Shown: positions 43,057 to 53,076 of the stretch, piece after piece
Numbering within the stretch: the stretch's first letter is position 1
Layout of the letters: each line of letters opens with the position of its first letter
Source of the DNA: an uncultured Succinivibrionaceae bacterium
GTDB lineage: Bacteria > Pseudomonadota > Gammaproteobacteria > Enterobacterales > Succinivibrionaceae
NCBI GenBank assembly: GCA_944390105.1
Contig: CALXOV010000055.1
Location: forward strand, 2,930 to 66,929
Direction: 5' to 3'
DNA: 64,000 nt
Notes under the pieces: generated by a model
Databases searched by the model: none
What the model saw: only the letters and a program-made list of their open reading frames with translations
What the model was told of the DNA's origin: nothing
Position numbers and translations under genes: made by a program

Positions 43057-43689
43057 TTAATCCTGTTGCTCCTTAGTCATCTCGCTACGGCTGACAATCA
43101 CCTTATCGATAAGACCGTATTCGAGGGCTTCCTGTGCATTCATGAAATTATCACGATCACAGTCACGCTCTAGGTCGCTCAGCGGACGTCCGCAGTTTTT
43201 AGCTAAAATCTCTGTCAATGTGCGCTTAGTGCGCTCAATTTCCTTAGCATGAATCATGATGTCAGAAGCTTGGCCTTTAAAGCCGCCTAAAGGCTGATGA
43301 ATCATGATGCGGGCATTTGGCAGCGCACAGCGCTTACCTTTGGCACCGCCTGAAAGCAGAAACGAACCCATTGAGCAAGCCTGTCCTAAGCACAGCGTGC
43401 ACACATCCGGCTTAATATATTGCATGGTATCGTAAATTGCCATGCCAGCCGTGACGACCCCGCCTGGCGAATTGATGTACAGATAAATATCTTTATCTGG
43501 ATCATCGGACTCTAAGAACAGCAGCTGGGCCACAATCAGATCCGCCATGTGATCTTCAATTTCGCCAGTAACGAAAATGACGCGATCTTTGAGCAGACGC
43601 GAAAAAATATCAAATGAACGCTCGCCCCGACCGGTCTGTTCGATCACCATGGGAACTAAGCTCTGCATGCGCTCTTGCATGGCTGTCAT
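43057..43689 (-). CDS. clpP: ATP-dependent Clp protease proteolytic subunit
   Basis: 210 aa. Catalytic region [11 protein letters not shown], plus IMIHQP. Confidence 0.95.
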   Translation of the reverse strand: MTAMQERMQSLVPMVIEQTGRGERSFDIFSRLLKDRVIFVTGEIEDHMADLIVAQLLFLESDDPDKDIYLYINSPGGVVTAGMAIYDTMQYIKPDVCTLCLGQACSMGSFLLSGGAKGKRCALPNARIMIHQPLGGFKGQASDIMIHAKEIERTKRTLTEILAKNCGRPLSDLERDCDRDNFMNAQEALEYGLIDKVIVSRSEMTKEQQD

Positions 43690-43698
43690 CCTTCCTGT

Positions 43699-43732
43699 AA
43701 AAAAATCCCCGCAATGACAAAGCCAGCGGGGA
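43699..43732 (-). terminator. terminator or attenuator hairpin between tig and clpP
   Basis: 7-bp stem TCCCCGC / GCGGGGA with a 13-nt loop, followed by TTTTTTT on the minus strand. Confidence 0.5.
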
Positions 43733-43804
43733 ACTCATTATGACACATTTAGCCGTCAGCTTGTCTAAGCTTACGGCCAAGCGACAATACAGCTACAGCT
43801 GCAG

Positions 43805-45139
43805 TTAAGCCGTCTGCCCAACCCGCAGCAGCTCGGAGAAGGTCTCTTCCTTAACTTCGCACTTAGCGCTGTTCTGAATGTAATTGAAGAGATCGCGCTC
43901 AAAGGCCTGATTGCGAATATTAGCAAACTGCTCTTTGTTCTTACGAATAGCTTCCTTCACAGCTTCCGGATCTTCATAGGCGTCAGCCACTAAGGATAAT
44001 TCCTCATTGATGGCATCATCGGACGGAGCCTGCAGCCCAGACTTCTTCACATACAGATCAATGATGCAACGCAGGCGTACCGCGTTGACCGCATCATCCT
44101 TATGCACCGACGGATCGGCGGCTAAATCTTCCTTAACCGGAATGCCATAAGACTTGAAGCGGCGCATATCCATTTCACACATGCGCTTGCGCTCATTTTC
44201 CACTGCATCAGCCGGCACATCGAACTCGCCGAAATACTTAAGCAGCGCATCACACACATTGTTGCGCTGGGTCACGTGCAACGCACGCTTCTGCTCACGC
44301 TCCATATTGCGCAGTAAATCTGCGCGGAAAGCCTCAAGACCGCCTTCCTTAACACCGAACTGAGCAAAGAACTCATCATTGAGCTCCGGCAGTTTCTGAT
44401 CTGAAACGGAATTGACCGTGATGTCAAACTCTGCCGGCTTACCCTTAAGCTCCTCAGCGTGGTAATCCTCAGGGAAAGTAACCTGAATGGTGAACTTATC
44501 ACCCGCCTTATGACCGATGATCTGCTCTGAAAAGCCCGGAATCATGGCGGTACGGCCGATGACTAAAGAGAAATCATTGGCACTGCCACCTTCAAAGGTC
44601 TCACCGTTGACGCGACCGACAAAATCAATCTTAGCAAGCTTGCCGTCGGCGGCAGCGGCATCATCATTAACCTGCCACTTGCCCTGCTGAGCGCGCAGAT
44701 TTTCAATCATGGTATCGATATCGGCATCGGAAATCTTGCTCTGCACCACGGTCAGCGGCATCTCGCTTAACGGCTTCTCTTCGAGCACCGGCATTACTTC
44801 AAACTCAGCGGTATAAATTACCTCGCTGCTGCCGTCTAAATTGGCCTTATCATCCAAGGCAATTGACGGCACGCCGGCCGGCTCAACCTGGCACTGCTCA
44901 AAAGCCTGCGGCAGGCTCTGCTGCACGACTTTATCTAAAGCATCGCTGTAAATCTTCGGGCCGAAGTGCATCTCTAGCACTTTGGTCGGAACGTGACCCT
45001 TACGGAAACCATCAATACGCGCGTTCTTGGCAACATTACGTAAGCTGGCAGCATACGCTTTCTTCATATCGTCAGCTGGCACAGTCACGGTAATGCGGCG
45101 CTTTAAGCCCTCAAGATTCTCTAATGAAGCCTGCATCAT
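43805..45139 (-). CDS. tig: trigger factor
   Basis: 444 aa. MMQASLENLEGLKRRITVTVPADD parallels the E. coli Tig N-terminus. The second ATG (45136) is an equally likely start. Confidence 0.92.
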   Translation of the reverse strand: MMQASLENLEGLKRRITVTVPADDMKKAYAASLRNVAKNARIDGFRKGHVPTKVLEMHFGPKIYSDALDKVVQQSLPQAFEQCQVEPAGVPSIALDDKANLDGSSEVIYTAEFEVMPVLEEKPLSEMPLTVVQSKISDADIDTMIENLRAQQGKWQVNDDAAAADGKLAKIDFVGRVNGETFEGGSANDFSLVIGRTAMIPGFSEQIIGHKAGDKFTIQVTFPEDYHAEELKGKPAEFDITVNSVSDQKLPELNDEFFAQFGVKEGGLEAFRADLLRNMEREQKRALHVTQRNNVCDALLKYFGEFDVPADAVENERKRMCEMDMRRFKSYGIPVKEDLAADPSVHKDDAVNAVRLRCIIDLYVKKSGLQAPSDDAINEELSLVADAYEDPEAVKEAIRKNKEQFANIRNQAFERDLFNYIQNSAKCEVKEETFSELLRVGQTA

Positions 45140-45312
45140 TTACCCCTGTTAGGTTGCAGTAAAATCGAACAATTCCTGTCAGACATCACGGTAAACTGTG
45201 CCGTGCGTCCGTAAAAACTGCGATATTATATTAAACAAGCAAAGCATGAATCAATAGCCGCAAAAAAGCGCCGCATCATCAATGCCCCGCACGCGGCCAC
45301 AGGGAGCAATCC

Positions 45313-46377
45313 ATGGCATATATCGGCATTATCGAAGGCTTTTACGGTAAGCAATTCAAACCAGAAACCCGCAGCGTACTGCTGCAGGCGCTACAGCAAA
45401 ACGGCGGCAGCTTTTACATCTATGCCCCCAAGGAGGAGCGTGTGCTGCGCCAAGATTTACTGCGCTCCGTAATGGCGCCGCCTAAAATGCAACGGTTGCT
45501 GACGCTCAAACAAGAATGCTCTCATCTTGGCTTAGATTTTGGCCTAGCGCTGTCGCCCTTTAATCTGACCCACTGCTATTTAGAGGTAAAAGAGAAATTC
45601 CTCAAGCAGCTAACGGACTACTGCAGCGCGCTGCAGCCTGACATCCTGTGCCTTTTATTTGATGATCAAAAAGTAGACGGCAGCCATGCCGCAGCAGTAC
45701 AGAACCGCATCATTCAGGATGCGTACGCCAAACTTCCTGCCTGTGTGAAACGCTTTATCATCTGCCCAAGCTACTACAGCTTTGATCCTATTTTAGAAAA
45801 ACTTTTCGGTCCGCGACCGCAGGATTATTTCACCACTCTGTGTTACCAGCTGCCGGATAAGGTCGAGATCTTTTGGACCGGCAATCAGGTATTGTCCCCG
45901 GATATTGAACCTGCGGATTTGCAAGCCGCAGCTGCAATGTTAGGCCGTACCCCTTTTATTTGGGATAATTACCCGGTAAATGACGGTAAATACAGCAGCA
46001 ATTTTCTCCCGCTTAAGCCTTTTGGCCTCAGGCGCAACCTTGAGGCGGCAAGCTGCGGACATGCGATTAACCCCATGCTTGAAGGCGTACTTAATCTGCC
46101 GGTTATCACCACTTTATTTAAGCAATATCAAAACGAGGCGCCATCTAACATTGCTGCACAGTTTAATTGCGATTTAAGCGTGCTTTTAGGTAAGGGCGCA
46201 CCTATTTTAATGGAGCAGCTGCATCTTTTAACCGAGCGCGGTCTCTCTTCATTGAATGCGCTACAAAAAGCGATGCTAATTGCCGCCTGTGAACTTGAAC
46301 CTAAGAATGCGGCGCTGCGGGAAATCAAAGCTTTTTTACAGGGCAAATATGTCTTTGACCCCGCCTGTCTGACCTAA
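45313..46377 (+). CDS. GH84-like glycoside hydrolase (beta-N-acetylglucosaminidase / O-GlcNAcase-like), cytoplasmic
   Basis: N-terminus IGIIEGFYGKQF...FYIYAPKEE, tandem-Asp motif LLFDDQ, and WDNYPVNDG match the GH84 catalytic-domain signatures as I recall them. No signal peptide. Confidence 0.6.
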   Translation: MAYIGIIEGFYGKQFKPETRSVLLQALQQNGGSFYIYAPKEERVLRQDLLRSVMAPPKMQRLLTLKQECSHLGLDFGLALSPFNLTHCYLEVKEKFLKQLTDYCSALQPDILCLLFDDQKVDGSHAAAVQNRIIQDAYAKLPACVKRFIICPSYYSFDPILEKLFGPRPQDYFTTLCYQLPDKVEIFWTGNQVLSPDIEPADLQAAAAMLGRTPFIWDNYPVNDGKYSSNFLPLKPFGLRRNLEAASCGHAINPMLEGVLNLPVITTLFKQYQNEAPSNIAAQFNCDLSVLLGKGAPILMEQLHLLTERGLSSLNALQKAMLIAACELEPKNAALREIKAFLQGKYVFDPACLT

Positions 46378-46386
46378 GGAGAACGC

Positions 46387-47691
46387 ATGCATATTGTCTT
46401 TCCCCTGCCCGGCGGTAGCGAGGCCTTAAGCGCTGAGCTGGCGCTGGCGCCCTTAGGTCAAATCTTTGACAGCACGACCACTTCATATAAGTACTGGTGG
46501 TTTGCCGCTTTGCTGCAACTGCATCGCAGCGCCATGATTGAACTTAAAAGTAAGCATCTTCTCCAGCCTGCCGGCAAATTGCACCCTCTTGGATCGGATG
46601 CGGCTACTGCTGCTCCGGCGGAGACTTTGACCTTGCGCCATGGCCACACGCAGCTGCTCACCAAGCTTACCCAAGCCCCCCTTCCGGCAATCCCTTTTTG
46701 GCAACTGGCGGCCTTAATGACGGCTAAAGCGTGGTATCCACGCTGCTATTTCCGCCTGCGCTTTGGCAGTGCCGATCAGATCCCGCCGCTCTTGGATGCC
46801 TTAGCGCAGAAACTTCCGCTTAATCAAGCTGGCAGCGAAGAGGCTATCTACACGTTGCTCTGTCAGGCTGCAATTAGCGATGACAAGATCAAAGAACAGC
46901 TCTTAGAGCTTACCGTGCATGTTCCCTATCGCCTGCTATCACCTTGGATTTCTTACAAAAGTGATGGACAGGTGATTGCACAAAGTGCGCTGGAGCCTCA
47001 GGCGCTCTATCAGATTGAAGGCTCGCGGCGCGGCGAGCGCGCAGTACGCATTCATCCGCTATGGCAGGAGTATTTATTCGAAAATTACGCGGTGCTGCAG
47101 AATTTTACCGACTTGGCACTGGCTAAATACTTAGAAAAGCGCAATCCCAATGTGCCCAATATCATCAATAAACTGCATCCGCAGCACAATCGTGCCCCAC
47201 TTAGCTATGCCAAAAAATATTTTGATGTGTATCTGTCACAGTACCCGGCTGCGTGCTGCATTTATACGCAGCAGCCGCTGCCGCAGGCGTATGCACTTGA
47301 TCACTTCATCCCGTGGTCTTTTGTAGCGCATGATGAGCTATGGAATTTAGCGCCGATTGATCAGTCGAGCAACAGCAGCAAAAGCGATAAACTGCCGGAT
47401 TTAGCGCGTTTTCTGCCGCGTCTGGCGCAATTGCAGCAAGAGGCGCTGCGTGCCAATCTGCCAAAGCTTAAGACCTGCTCGCAAGGCTATTTAGTCAAAG
47501 CGCGCGACAGCTTAACGGATGGTTTGGGCAAGAGTATTGACGAATTAGCAGCCATGAGCCTATCACAATTTAAAGACTGCCTTGAGCAGGTGATCTATCC
47601 GCTGTATCTGCAGGCCCAGAGTCTTAACTTTCAGCCTTGGTCAGGGCCTGCAGCAGCTCCTCTTAAGAGTGCATGTAGTGATTACCCTTAG
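46387..47691 (+). CDS. HNH (His-Me finger) nuclease-domain protein with an uncharacterised N-terminal region of about 300 aa
   Basis: HNH motif LDHFIPWSFVAHDELWNLAPIDQSSNSSKSDKLP. Starts 10 nt after the GH84-like stop and has GGAGAA upstream. Confidence 0.6.
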   Translation: MHIVFPLPGGSEALSAELALAPLGQIFDSTTTSYKYWWFAALLQLHRSAMIELKSKHLLQPAGKLHPLGSDAATAAPAETLTLRHGHTQLLTKLTQAPLPAIPFWQLAALMTAKAWYPRCYFRLRFGSADQIPPLLDALAQKLPLNQAGSEEAIYTLLCQAAISDDKIKEQLLELTVHVPYRLLSPWISYKSDGQVIAQSALEPQALYQIEGSRRGERAVRIHPLWQEYLFENYAVLQNFTDLALAKYLEKRNPNVPNIINKLHPQHNRAPLSYAKKYFDVYLSQYPAACCIYTQQPLPQAYALDHFIPWSFVAHDELWNLAPIDQSSNSSKSDKLPDLARFLPRLAQLQQEALRANLPKLKTCSQGYLVKARDSLTDGLGKSIDELAAMSLSQFKDCLEQVIYPLYLQAQSLNFQPWSGPAAAPLKSACSDYP

Positions 47692-48163
47692 CAATGCCCA
47701 GTACACCTGAGCGCACGGTCTCAAGCACATCTGAACACTTACTGAAGGTAGCAATGAAGTTATCTACTTCATCTGACGAGCCTACATATTCGACAGTATA
47801 AAGCTCGGGGGTTACATCAATGATCTGCGCATGGAAAATATCGCACAGTGAACGGATCTCCTCGCGCAGCTGCCGATTAGGCGTCGGCATCTTCATCAAG
47901 ACCAGCTCGCGCTCCAAGCCGATATTAGTCTCGTCATAATCGCTGACGCGCAGCACATCAACTAGCTTATGCAGCTGTTTGGTGATTTGCTCGGCCTCAT
48001 CGGGGTCACCTAAAGTAAGAATGGTACAACGCGACAGTGTCGGATCTTCGGTTGGAGCTACAGTCAGACTTTCGATATTGTAGCCACGCTGGGAGAACAA
48101 ACCCACTACGCGCGACAGAGCACCAGCTTCGTTTTCAATTAAGATGGATACCACATGTCTCAT
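47663..48163 (-). CDS. ilvH: acetolactate synthase small (regulatory) subunit
   Basis: 166 aa. ACT-domain N-terminus MRHVVSILIENEAGALSRVVGLFSQRGYNIESL. Confidence 0.9.
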   Translation of the reverse strand: MRHVVSILIENEAGALSRVVGLFSQRGYNIESLTVAPTEDPTLSRCTILTLGDPDEAEQITKQLHKLVDVLRVSDYDETNIGLERELVLMKMPTPNRQLREEIRSLCDIFHAQIIDVTPELYTVEYVGSSDEVDNFIATFSKCSDVLETVRSGVLGIAKGNHYMHS

Positions 48164-48166
48164 CGC

Positions 48167-49891
48167 TTAGTCCTCCTCAGCCTCGCTTAAAATCATATCC
48201 TCCATTGAGCCGCCGGTACGCTGCATCGGGAAGACCTTGCTGTCAGTGTCGGTAATGACATCAACAATCACCAGATCGTCCTTCATTGCCAGCACCTTAT
48301 CTATCACCGCACGCAACTCTTTTGGATCGGAGACCTTAAAAGCCTTGTGATCGTATGCATCTGCAAGCTTAATGAAGTCCGGATTGTAATCTAAGTTAGT
48401 CTGCGAGTAGCGCTGATGGTAGAACAGCGACTGCCACTGACGCACCATACCTAAGGTATGATTATCCAAGATGAAAATCTTCACCGGCAGATGGTACTGC
48501 TTGCAGGTTCCCAGCTCTTGAATATTCATCTGGAATGAGCCATCGCCGGTAAAGCAGATCACCTGCGCATCCGGGAAAGCGACTTTAATGCCGGCTGCCG
48601 CCGGGAAGCCGAAGCCCATGGTACCCAAACCGCCTGAAGTAATGAAATGGCGCGGATGCTTAAACTTAAAGAATTGCGCCGCAAACATCTGATGCTGTCC
48701 GACGTCGGTGGTAATAAAAGTATTATCCCCGCGCGCCTGCACCGCAGCGCACACCTCTTCAATCACCTGCTGCGGCTTAATCACCGTATCTGACTTCTGA
48801 TAGGACAGGCAGTTTCGCGCTCGCCACACGTTAATCTGCTCCCACCACGCGTCTAATTCCGGGTTGGCATGCAGATCCTGCTCTTCAATGCTCTGCAGCA
48901 GCTGACCTAATACCGTATTGCAATCGCCGACAATCGGAATATCGGCATGCACGCATTTGGAGATAGATGCCGGATCCACATCCACATGAATGATCTTGGC
49001 ATTGGGGCAGAACTTGCGCGCATTGTTGGTCACTCTATCATCAAAGCGCACCGCGATGGCAATCACTAAGTCGGAGTTATGCATCGCCTCATTGGCCTCA
49101 AAAGTGCCATGCATGCCGACCATGCCTAAGTTGTGCCGATCATCGCTGGGCAGCGCAGAAATACCCATTAAAGTCTGGGTCGCCGGCAGATTCATCTTAG
49201 TGATGAGCTGACCTAAATTATCCGCAGCATTGCCCTGCACTACACCGCCGCCGAATATCAGCACCGGACGCTTGGCCTCGGAAATGAGCTTGGCCGCACG
49301 GCGCACCTGCCCCTTATGGCCAAAGACGGTCGGATTATAAGAACGCAGGCTGATAGTTCCGGCCGGCTCATAGGGTACCTTAATATTAGGATTCTGCGCA
49401 TTTTTCGGAATATCGACCACCACCGGGCCCTTGCGGCCAGTGGAGGCAATATAGAAAGCCTTGCGGATATTGATGGCAATGTCCTCAGCTTTTTTACACA
49501 AGAAGCTGTGCTTAACCACCGGGCGGGTAATGCCTACAGTATCAACTTCTTGGAAGGCATCCGAGCCAATCAGCGAGGTCGCGACCTGACCTGTAATCAC
49601 CACCAGAGGAATCGAGTCGCCGTAAGCAGTAGCAATCGCAGTTACGGTATTAGTAGCACCAGGGCCAGAGGTTACGATCGCGCAGCCGACCTTGCCAGTT
49701 GCGCGTGCATAGCCGTCAGCCATGTGCACCGCCCCCTGTTCGTGGCGGGCGAGGATATGAGTAATTTTGCCGGAGTTTAAAAGCTCATCGTAGATATCAA
49801 TCACTGCAGCGCCGGGATACCCGAACATCTGCTCTACGCCTAAGTCTTCAAGCGCGCGCACGACTATCTGTGCGCCATTGAGCATTTCCAT
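48167..49891 (-). CDS. ilvI: acetolactate synthase large (catalytic) subunit
   Basis: 574 aa. ThDP-binding motif GDGSFQMNIQELGT and N-terminus GAQIVVRALEDLGVEQMFGYPGAAV. Confidence 0.93.
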   Translation of the reverse strand: MEMLNGAQIVVRALEDLGVEQMFGYPGAAVIDIYDELLNSGKITHILARHEQGAVHMADGYARATGKVGCAIVTSGPGATNTVTAIATAYGDSIPLVVITGQVATSLIGSDAFQEVDTVGITRPVVKHSFLCKKAEDIAINIRKAFYIASTGRKGPVVVDIPKNAQNPNIKVPYEPAGTISLRSYNPTVFGHKGQVRRAAKLISEAKRPVLIFGGGVVQGNAADNLGQLITKMNLPATQTLMGISALPSDDRHNLGMVGMHGTFEANEAMHNSDLVIAIAVRFDDRVTNNARKFCPNAKIIHVDVDPASISKCVHADIPIVGDCNTVLGQLLQSIEEQDLHANPELDAWWEQINVWRARNCLSYQKSDTVIKPQQVIEEVCAAVQARGDNTFITTDVGQHQMFAAQFFKFKHPRHFITSGGLGTMGFGFPAAAGIKVAFPDAQVICFTGDGSFQMNIQELGTCKQYHLPVKIFILDNHTLGMVRQWQSLFYHQRYSQTNLDYNPDFIKLADAYDHKAFKVSDPKELRAVIDKVLAMKDDLVIVDVITDTDSKVFPMQRTGGSMEDMILSEAEED

Positions 49892-50223
49892 GTTGTCACC
49901 TTTTCCTATCTCAATGCAGTGTCTGCGGCCAACATCAAAACCGTATGCTCCGTCAGCGCAGCTTGTGGCCGCATTACCGCAGCAGGGCTTTGAGGCAAAT
50001 TTCCGCCTGCATTTTCATCAATATGCTCAGGCATTATAGCGCTCTGCCAAATTGTTATTTGTATTGCACTATTAAGGTGAAGACAAAATTCAAACACGCA
50101 CCAAAATAGCGCTTATTTAGTAGATATCATGCAACAACAGATAGTTAAAATGTATCAAAAAAGAAACTTACTTTAATAGTCTAATTTTCATCGGATTGAT
50201 TACAGATTTGCAAGACGATAATT

Positions 50224-53076
50224 CTACTCGCCATCATCCCCATTCAACTCACTATCAGATTTAGATTTTTTATCGCTATCTTCGCCAGCCAATTCACGAA
50301 TTGCTTCAAGTCCTTTAATAGACCCTTCACCCTCAAAATATTCTTTTAATCTATCCCTAACTGCAACTAAATTATTATGATAGCTTACGAGGTTTGATTC
50401 CATACATCTCATAGGATCGGTGTATTTGACGGCTTCATCCATAATATTCATACATTCATTATAATACAGAATACCCTCATGACTAATATTATCACCTTTT
50501 ACATAAAGAAAGTCAGGCTCCTGAGCACGATATTTAAGCGCTTCTAGAATTAAATAAGCCGCATTGTAGAATGATTTTTTAAAATTTTTTGTTTTATATT
50601 CATTTTTCATTAAATTAATGCCACACTTAATCATCAATAGTGCTATTTTTCTGTCAATAATATGCTTGCTACTAGGATAGTTATCCAGCATTTTTCCCAA
50701 TGCCAACGCATGGGTTCCCTTAAATAAAATCATATTTTTACAAAAAGTTTTATAAAATAAATCAAATAACCTTTTCAGCGCATCATCAGAAGAAAAAACA
50801 CTAGCCGCATAATTCCAAATTAAAGTTTTTTTGGGATCCTGTTCTAGGATATCCAAAATAATTTTCTTAAACTTTTCAGTTAAATTTCCACGCAAATAAG
50901 CAGCACATCTAGGTATAGCCTGATTTACAACATAACGTTTTGTATCGTAATCTAAGCGATCTATGATATCTAAAAATTTTTCTAATATTGCTATATACTC
51001 ATTAATGAATGTATCATATTCATTTTTATATTCTTCAACATTGATGGAACCATATTGGTCAAGTAAGAAACAATATTTTTCACTATTATCAATATTTTTA
51101 ACCTTATCATATGCATTAAAAAATTTAGAATTTGGTAATTTATTTAAGATCTTTCTAGTTAAAACTAACCCCTTAACTCTACGAGGTTGATAAAGACAAA
51201 CTTCTACCTCATTTAGTAAAGTTTTATATTTTTTAATAAAATCTTTCATTGTTAAAATAGCAGACCAACATTTTCTAAATTTAACATAGTCTTTGTCATA
51301 ACTTCCGATTGTAAATGGCTCACATTTTAAATCTGGAGGATAAGATAACCCTCTCCTAAATCTATCCATAATCTCTTGAAGAGTAATATTACTCATGGAG
51401 TTAAAATCGAAACATTGACCTTCTTTTAGTCTACGATCAATTTTGGAAGAAATATCAGCAGCAGCAAATTTAATAATTGCATAGCCCGAAGCCGCAGACA
51501 TCTGCACTGTAGTAACTAGCTTTACCTTGGTTTTACTTATAGTATTGAAAGGCACATAACCAGCTCTTAACTGATTTGTAGTACTGCCTTTATTAAATTT
51601 TCCTTTGGCAATAAATACCTCAAAGTTGGATACATTTTCCGGCAGATAGAAAGTTATGTCGGTAATTTCGGATGAATAGATCTTACCTGCTGGATATCCA
51701 TTCTTTAAAATACTCGGCTTTAGCAGAGATATCGGTTTTGGTTCATTTTGCCCTTTTTCGATTGCAAAAATCGACAGCTCATCTAATTTATCATTATATG
51801 ATGGTAATCCCCTGGCCACGCGCTGGGCAAATAATGCCGTTCCATCAGCAATATCATCTTTATTGGTATACCACACTCCTCTATGTGCATAATTATCCCC
51901 GAGATAGTTCATAAAAAGGCCATTAGCCAGTTCTCTCGCAATAAATTCACTGCTAAGAGGTCCAGTTACAATTAATGAAGCTAACTTTTCATTGCTGATA
52001 TTGTGCATAACAAAAGCAACAACAGCATCTAACCACGCTTTTTTATCATAAATACTGACATCTGTATTTGTTATATTATACTTTTGATTTTTTAAATCGA
52101 TTAATAAACTATTAATATCTACTTTATTATCTTCAACTATGTTATTATTTAAGTTGTTAAAATGCAAATTTTCCACTTTAACCCAGCGTTTATTCAAATA
52201 GAAAATATAATTCTTTTCTTCTGTTGGTAATTTCAATAAACTTGGCCAAATCTGATCACATAAATTTAAAATTTGACTTTTCTCAGTGGCATTATACTTA
52301 TAATTAGGAAGACTTTTATTAAGTCTATCAATAAATAATTCAAACAAGCTCATCCCATCAAAAGGAAATCTTTCGCGTTCCTCATCAGGAAAATCTCTAA
52401 TTGGCACATAGAATGTTTTATTATTTTCAAGAGTAGGAGATACGGCAAAACTTGAAAATTCAACGCAATCTAGACCTAAATATAAAACTCCAAGCTCTTT
52501 ATTGCTTCCTTCAGTAAATTGCTGAGCATAATAATCCTGATGGGCTGGACGCCGCAACCAATCCATTGCCGCGGCCACTGTTCGCCAAACTAATCTAACG
52601 TCTTTAAGACCAAGTATTCTCTTCAGATCCTGCAACAGATGCTCTCTTGCATTCATATTGATGAAATTAGGCACGGCTACAGCTACGTGTGAATCACTTC
52701 CTAATCTTGTTGGGAACAGCGCTTTAATATGCTCTGCCATCAACTGTGAGCAGTTTATTCCATCCCACTTGTGAACTATATCTATATCTTCCATCAGCTT
52801 TTCCCAGATTAAGCTGATAAGCGCACGTTTGCCGCTAAAGGAATCCAAAGTTTTGAGCGGGTAAGAAGGTGGGAATGGAAAACCTAAGCCGGTTCGATCT
52901 CTCTTAGCACTGAAGCCAGTAGTGGGCAAGGTATAAGCATCATCGCTTAAGATCACGCAGGATGGCTGAAAATCATTACTGCGGTCCAAGGTAAATTCAG
53001 GTACATTATCTTCAATTGTGCTGAAAGAATCCCGCAAGCCGAAAGCTGCCACACCTATATACTTAGAATTACCCAT
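50224..53076 (-). CDS. divergent Hsp70-like protein (actin-fold NBD plus beta-sandwich) with a C-terminal alpha-helical extension of about 400 aa
   Basis: VAVAVPNFINMNAREHLLQDLKRILGLKDVRLVWRTVAAAMDWL (aa 131-174) parallels Hsp70 AVITVPAYFNDxQRQATKDAGxIAGLxVLRIINEPTAAALAYG. LIVTGPLSS resembles LVGGSTRIP, and DDIADGTALFAQRVARG resembles NPDEAVAxGAAxQA. Residues aa 430-545 read like an SBD-beta domain. The start overlaps the upstream gene's stop by 8 nt. Confidence 0.6.
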   Translation of the reverse strand: MGNSKYIGVAAFGLRDSFSTIEDNVPEFTLDRSNDFQPSCVILSDDAYTLPTTGFSAKRDRTGLGFPFPPSYPLKTLDSFSGKRALISLIWEKLMEDIDIVHKWDGINCSQLMAEHIKALFPTRLGSDSHVAVAVPNFINMNAREHLLQDLKRILGLKDVRLVWRTVAAAMDWLRRPAHQDYYAQQFTEGSNKELGVLYLGLDCVEFSSFAVSPTLENNKTFYVPIRDFPDEERERFPFDGMSLFELFIDRLNKSLPNYKYNATEKSQILNLCDQIWPSLLKLPTEEKNYIFYLNKRWVKVENLHFNNLNNNIVEDNKVDINSLLIDLKNQKYNITNTDVSIYDKKAWLDAVVAFVMHNISNEKLASLIVTGPLSSEFIARELANGLFMNYLGDNYAHRGVWYTNKDDIADGTALFAQRVARGLPSYNDKLDELSIFAIEKGQNEPKPISLLKPSILKNGYPAGKIYSSEITDITFYLPENVSNFEVFIAKGKFNKGSTTNQLRAGYVPFNTISKTKVKLVTTVQMSAASGYAIIKFAAADISSKIDRRLKEGQCFDFNSMSNITLQEIMDRFRRGLSYPPDLKCEPFTIGSYDKDYVKFRKCWSAILTMKDFIKKYKTLLNEVEVCLYQPRRVKGLVLTRKILNKLPNSKFFNAYDKVKNIDNSEKYCFLLDQYGSINVEEYKNEYDTFINEYIAILEKFLDIIDRLDYDTKRYVVNQAIPRCAAYLRGNLTEKFKKIILDILEQDPKKTLIWNYAASVFSSDDALKRLFDLFYKTFCKNMILFKGTHALALGKMLDNYPSSKHIIDRKIALLMIKCGINLMKNEYKTKNFKKSFYNAAYLILEALKYRAQEPDFLYVKGDNISHEGILYYNECMNIMDEAVKYTDPMRCMESNLVSYHNNLVAVRDRLKEYFEGEGSIKGLEAIRELAGEDSDKKSKSDSELNGDDGE

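Noticed and set aside
49906-50097. 63-aa ORF upstream of ilvI, considered as a possible branched-chain amino-acid attenuation leader peptide.
   Set aside because: It has no run of Leu, Val or Ile codons, and no alternative terminator/antiterminator hairpins are evident. E. coli ilvIH is Lrp-controlled rather than attenuated, so a leader is not expected.
50227-51441. Search for a HEPN-type R-x(4-6)-H RNase motif or other nuclease motif in the helical C-terminal tail of the Hsp70-like protein.
   Set aside because: I found no such motif by eye. The tail remains unassigned.
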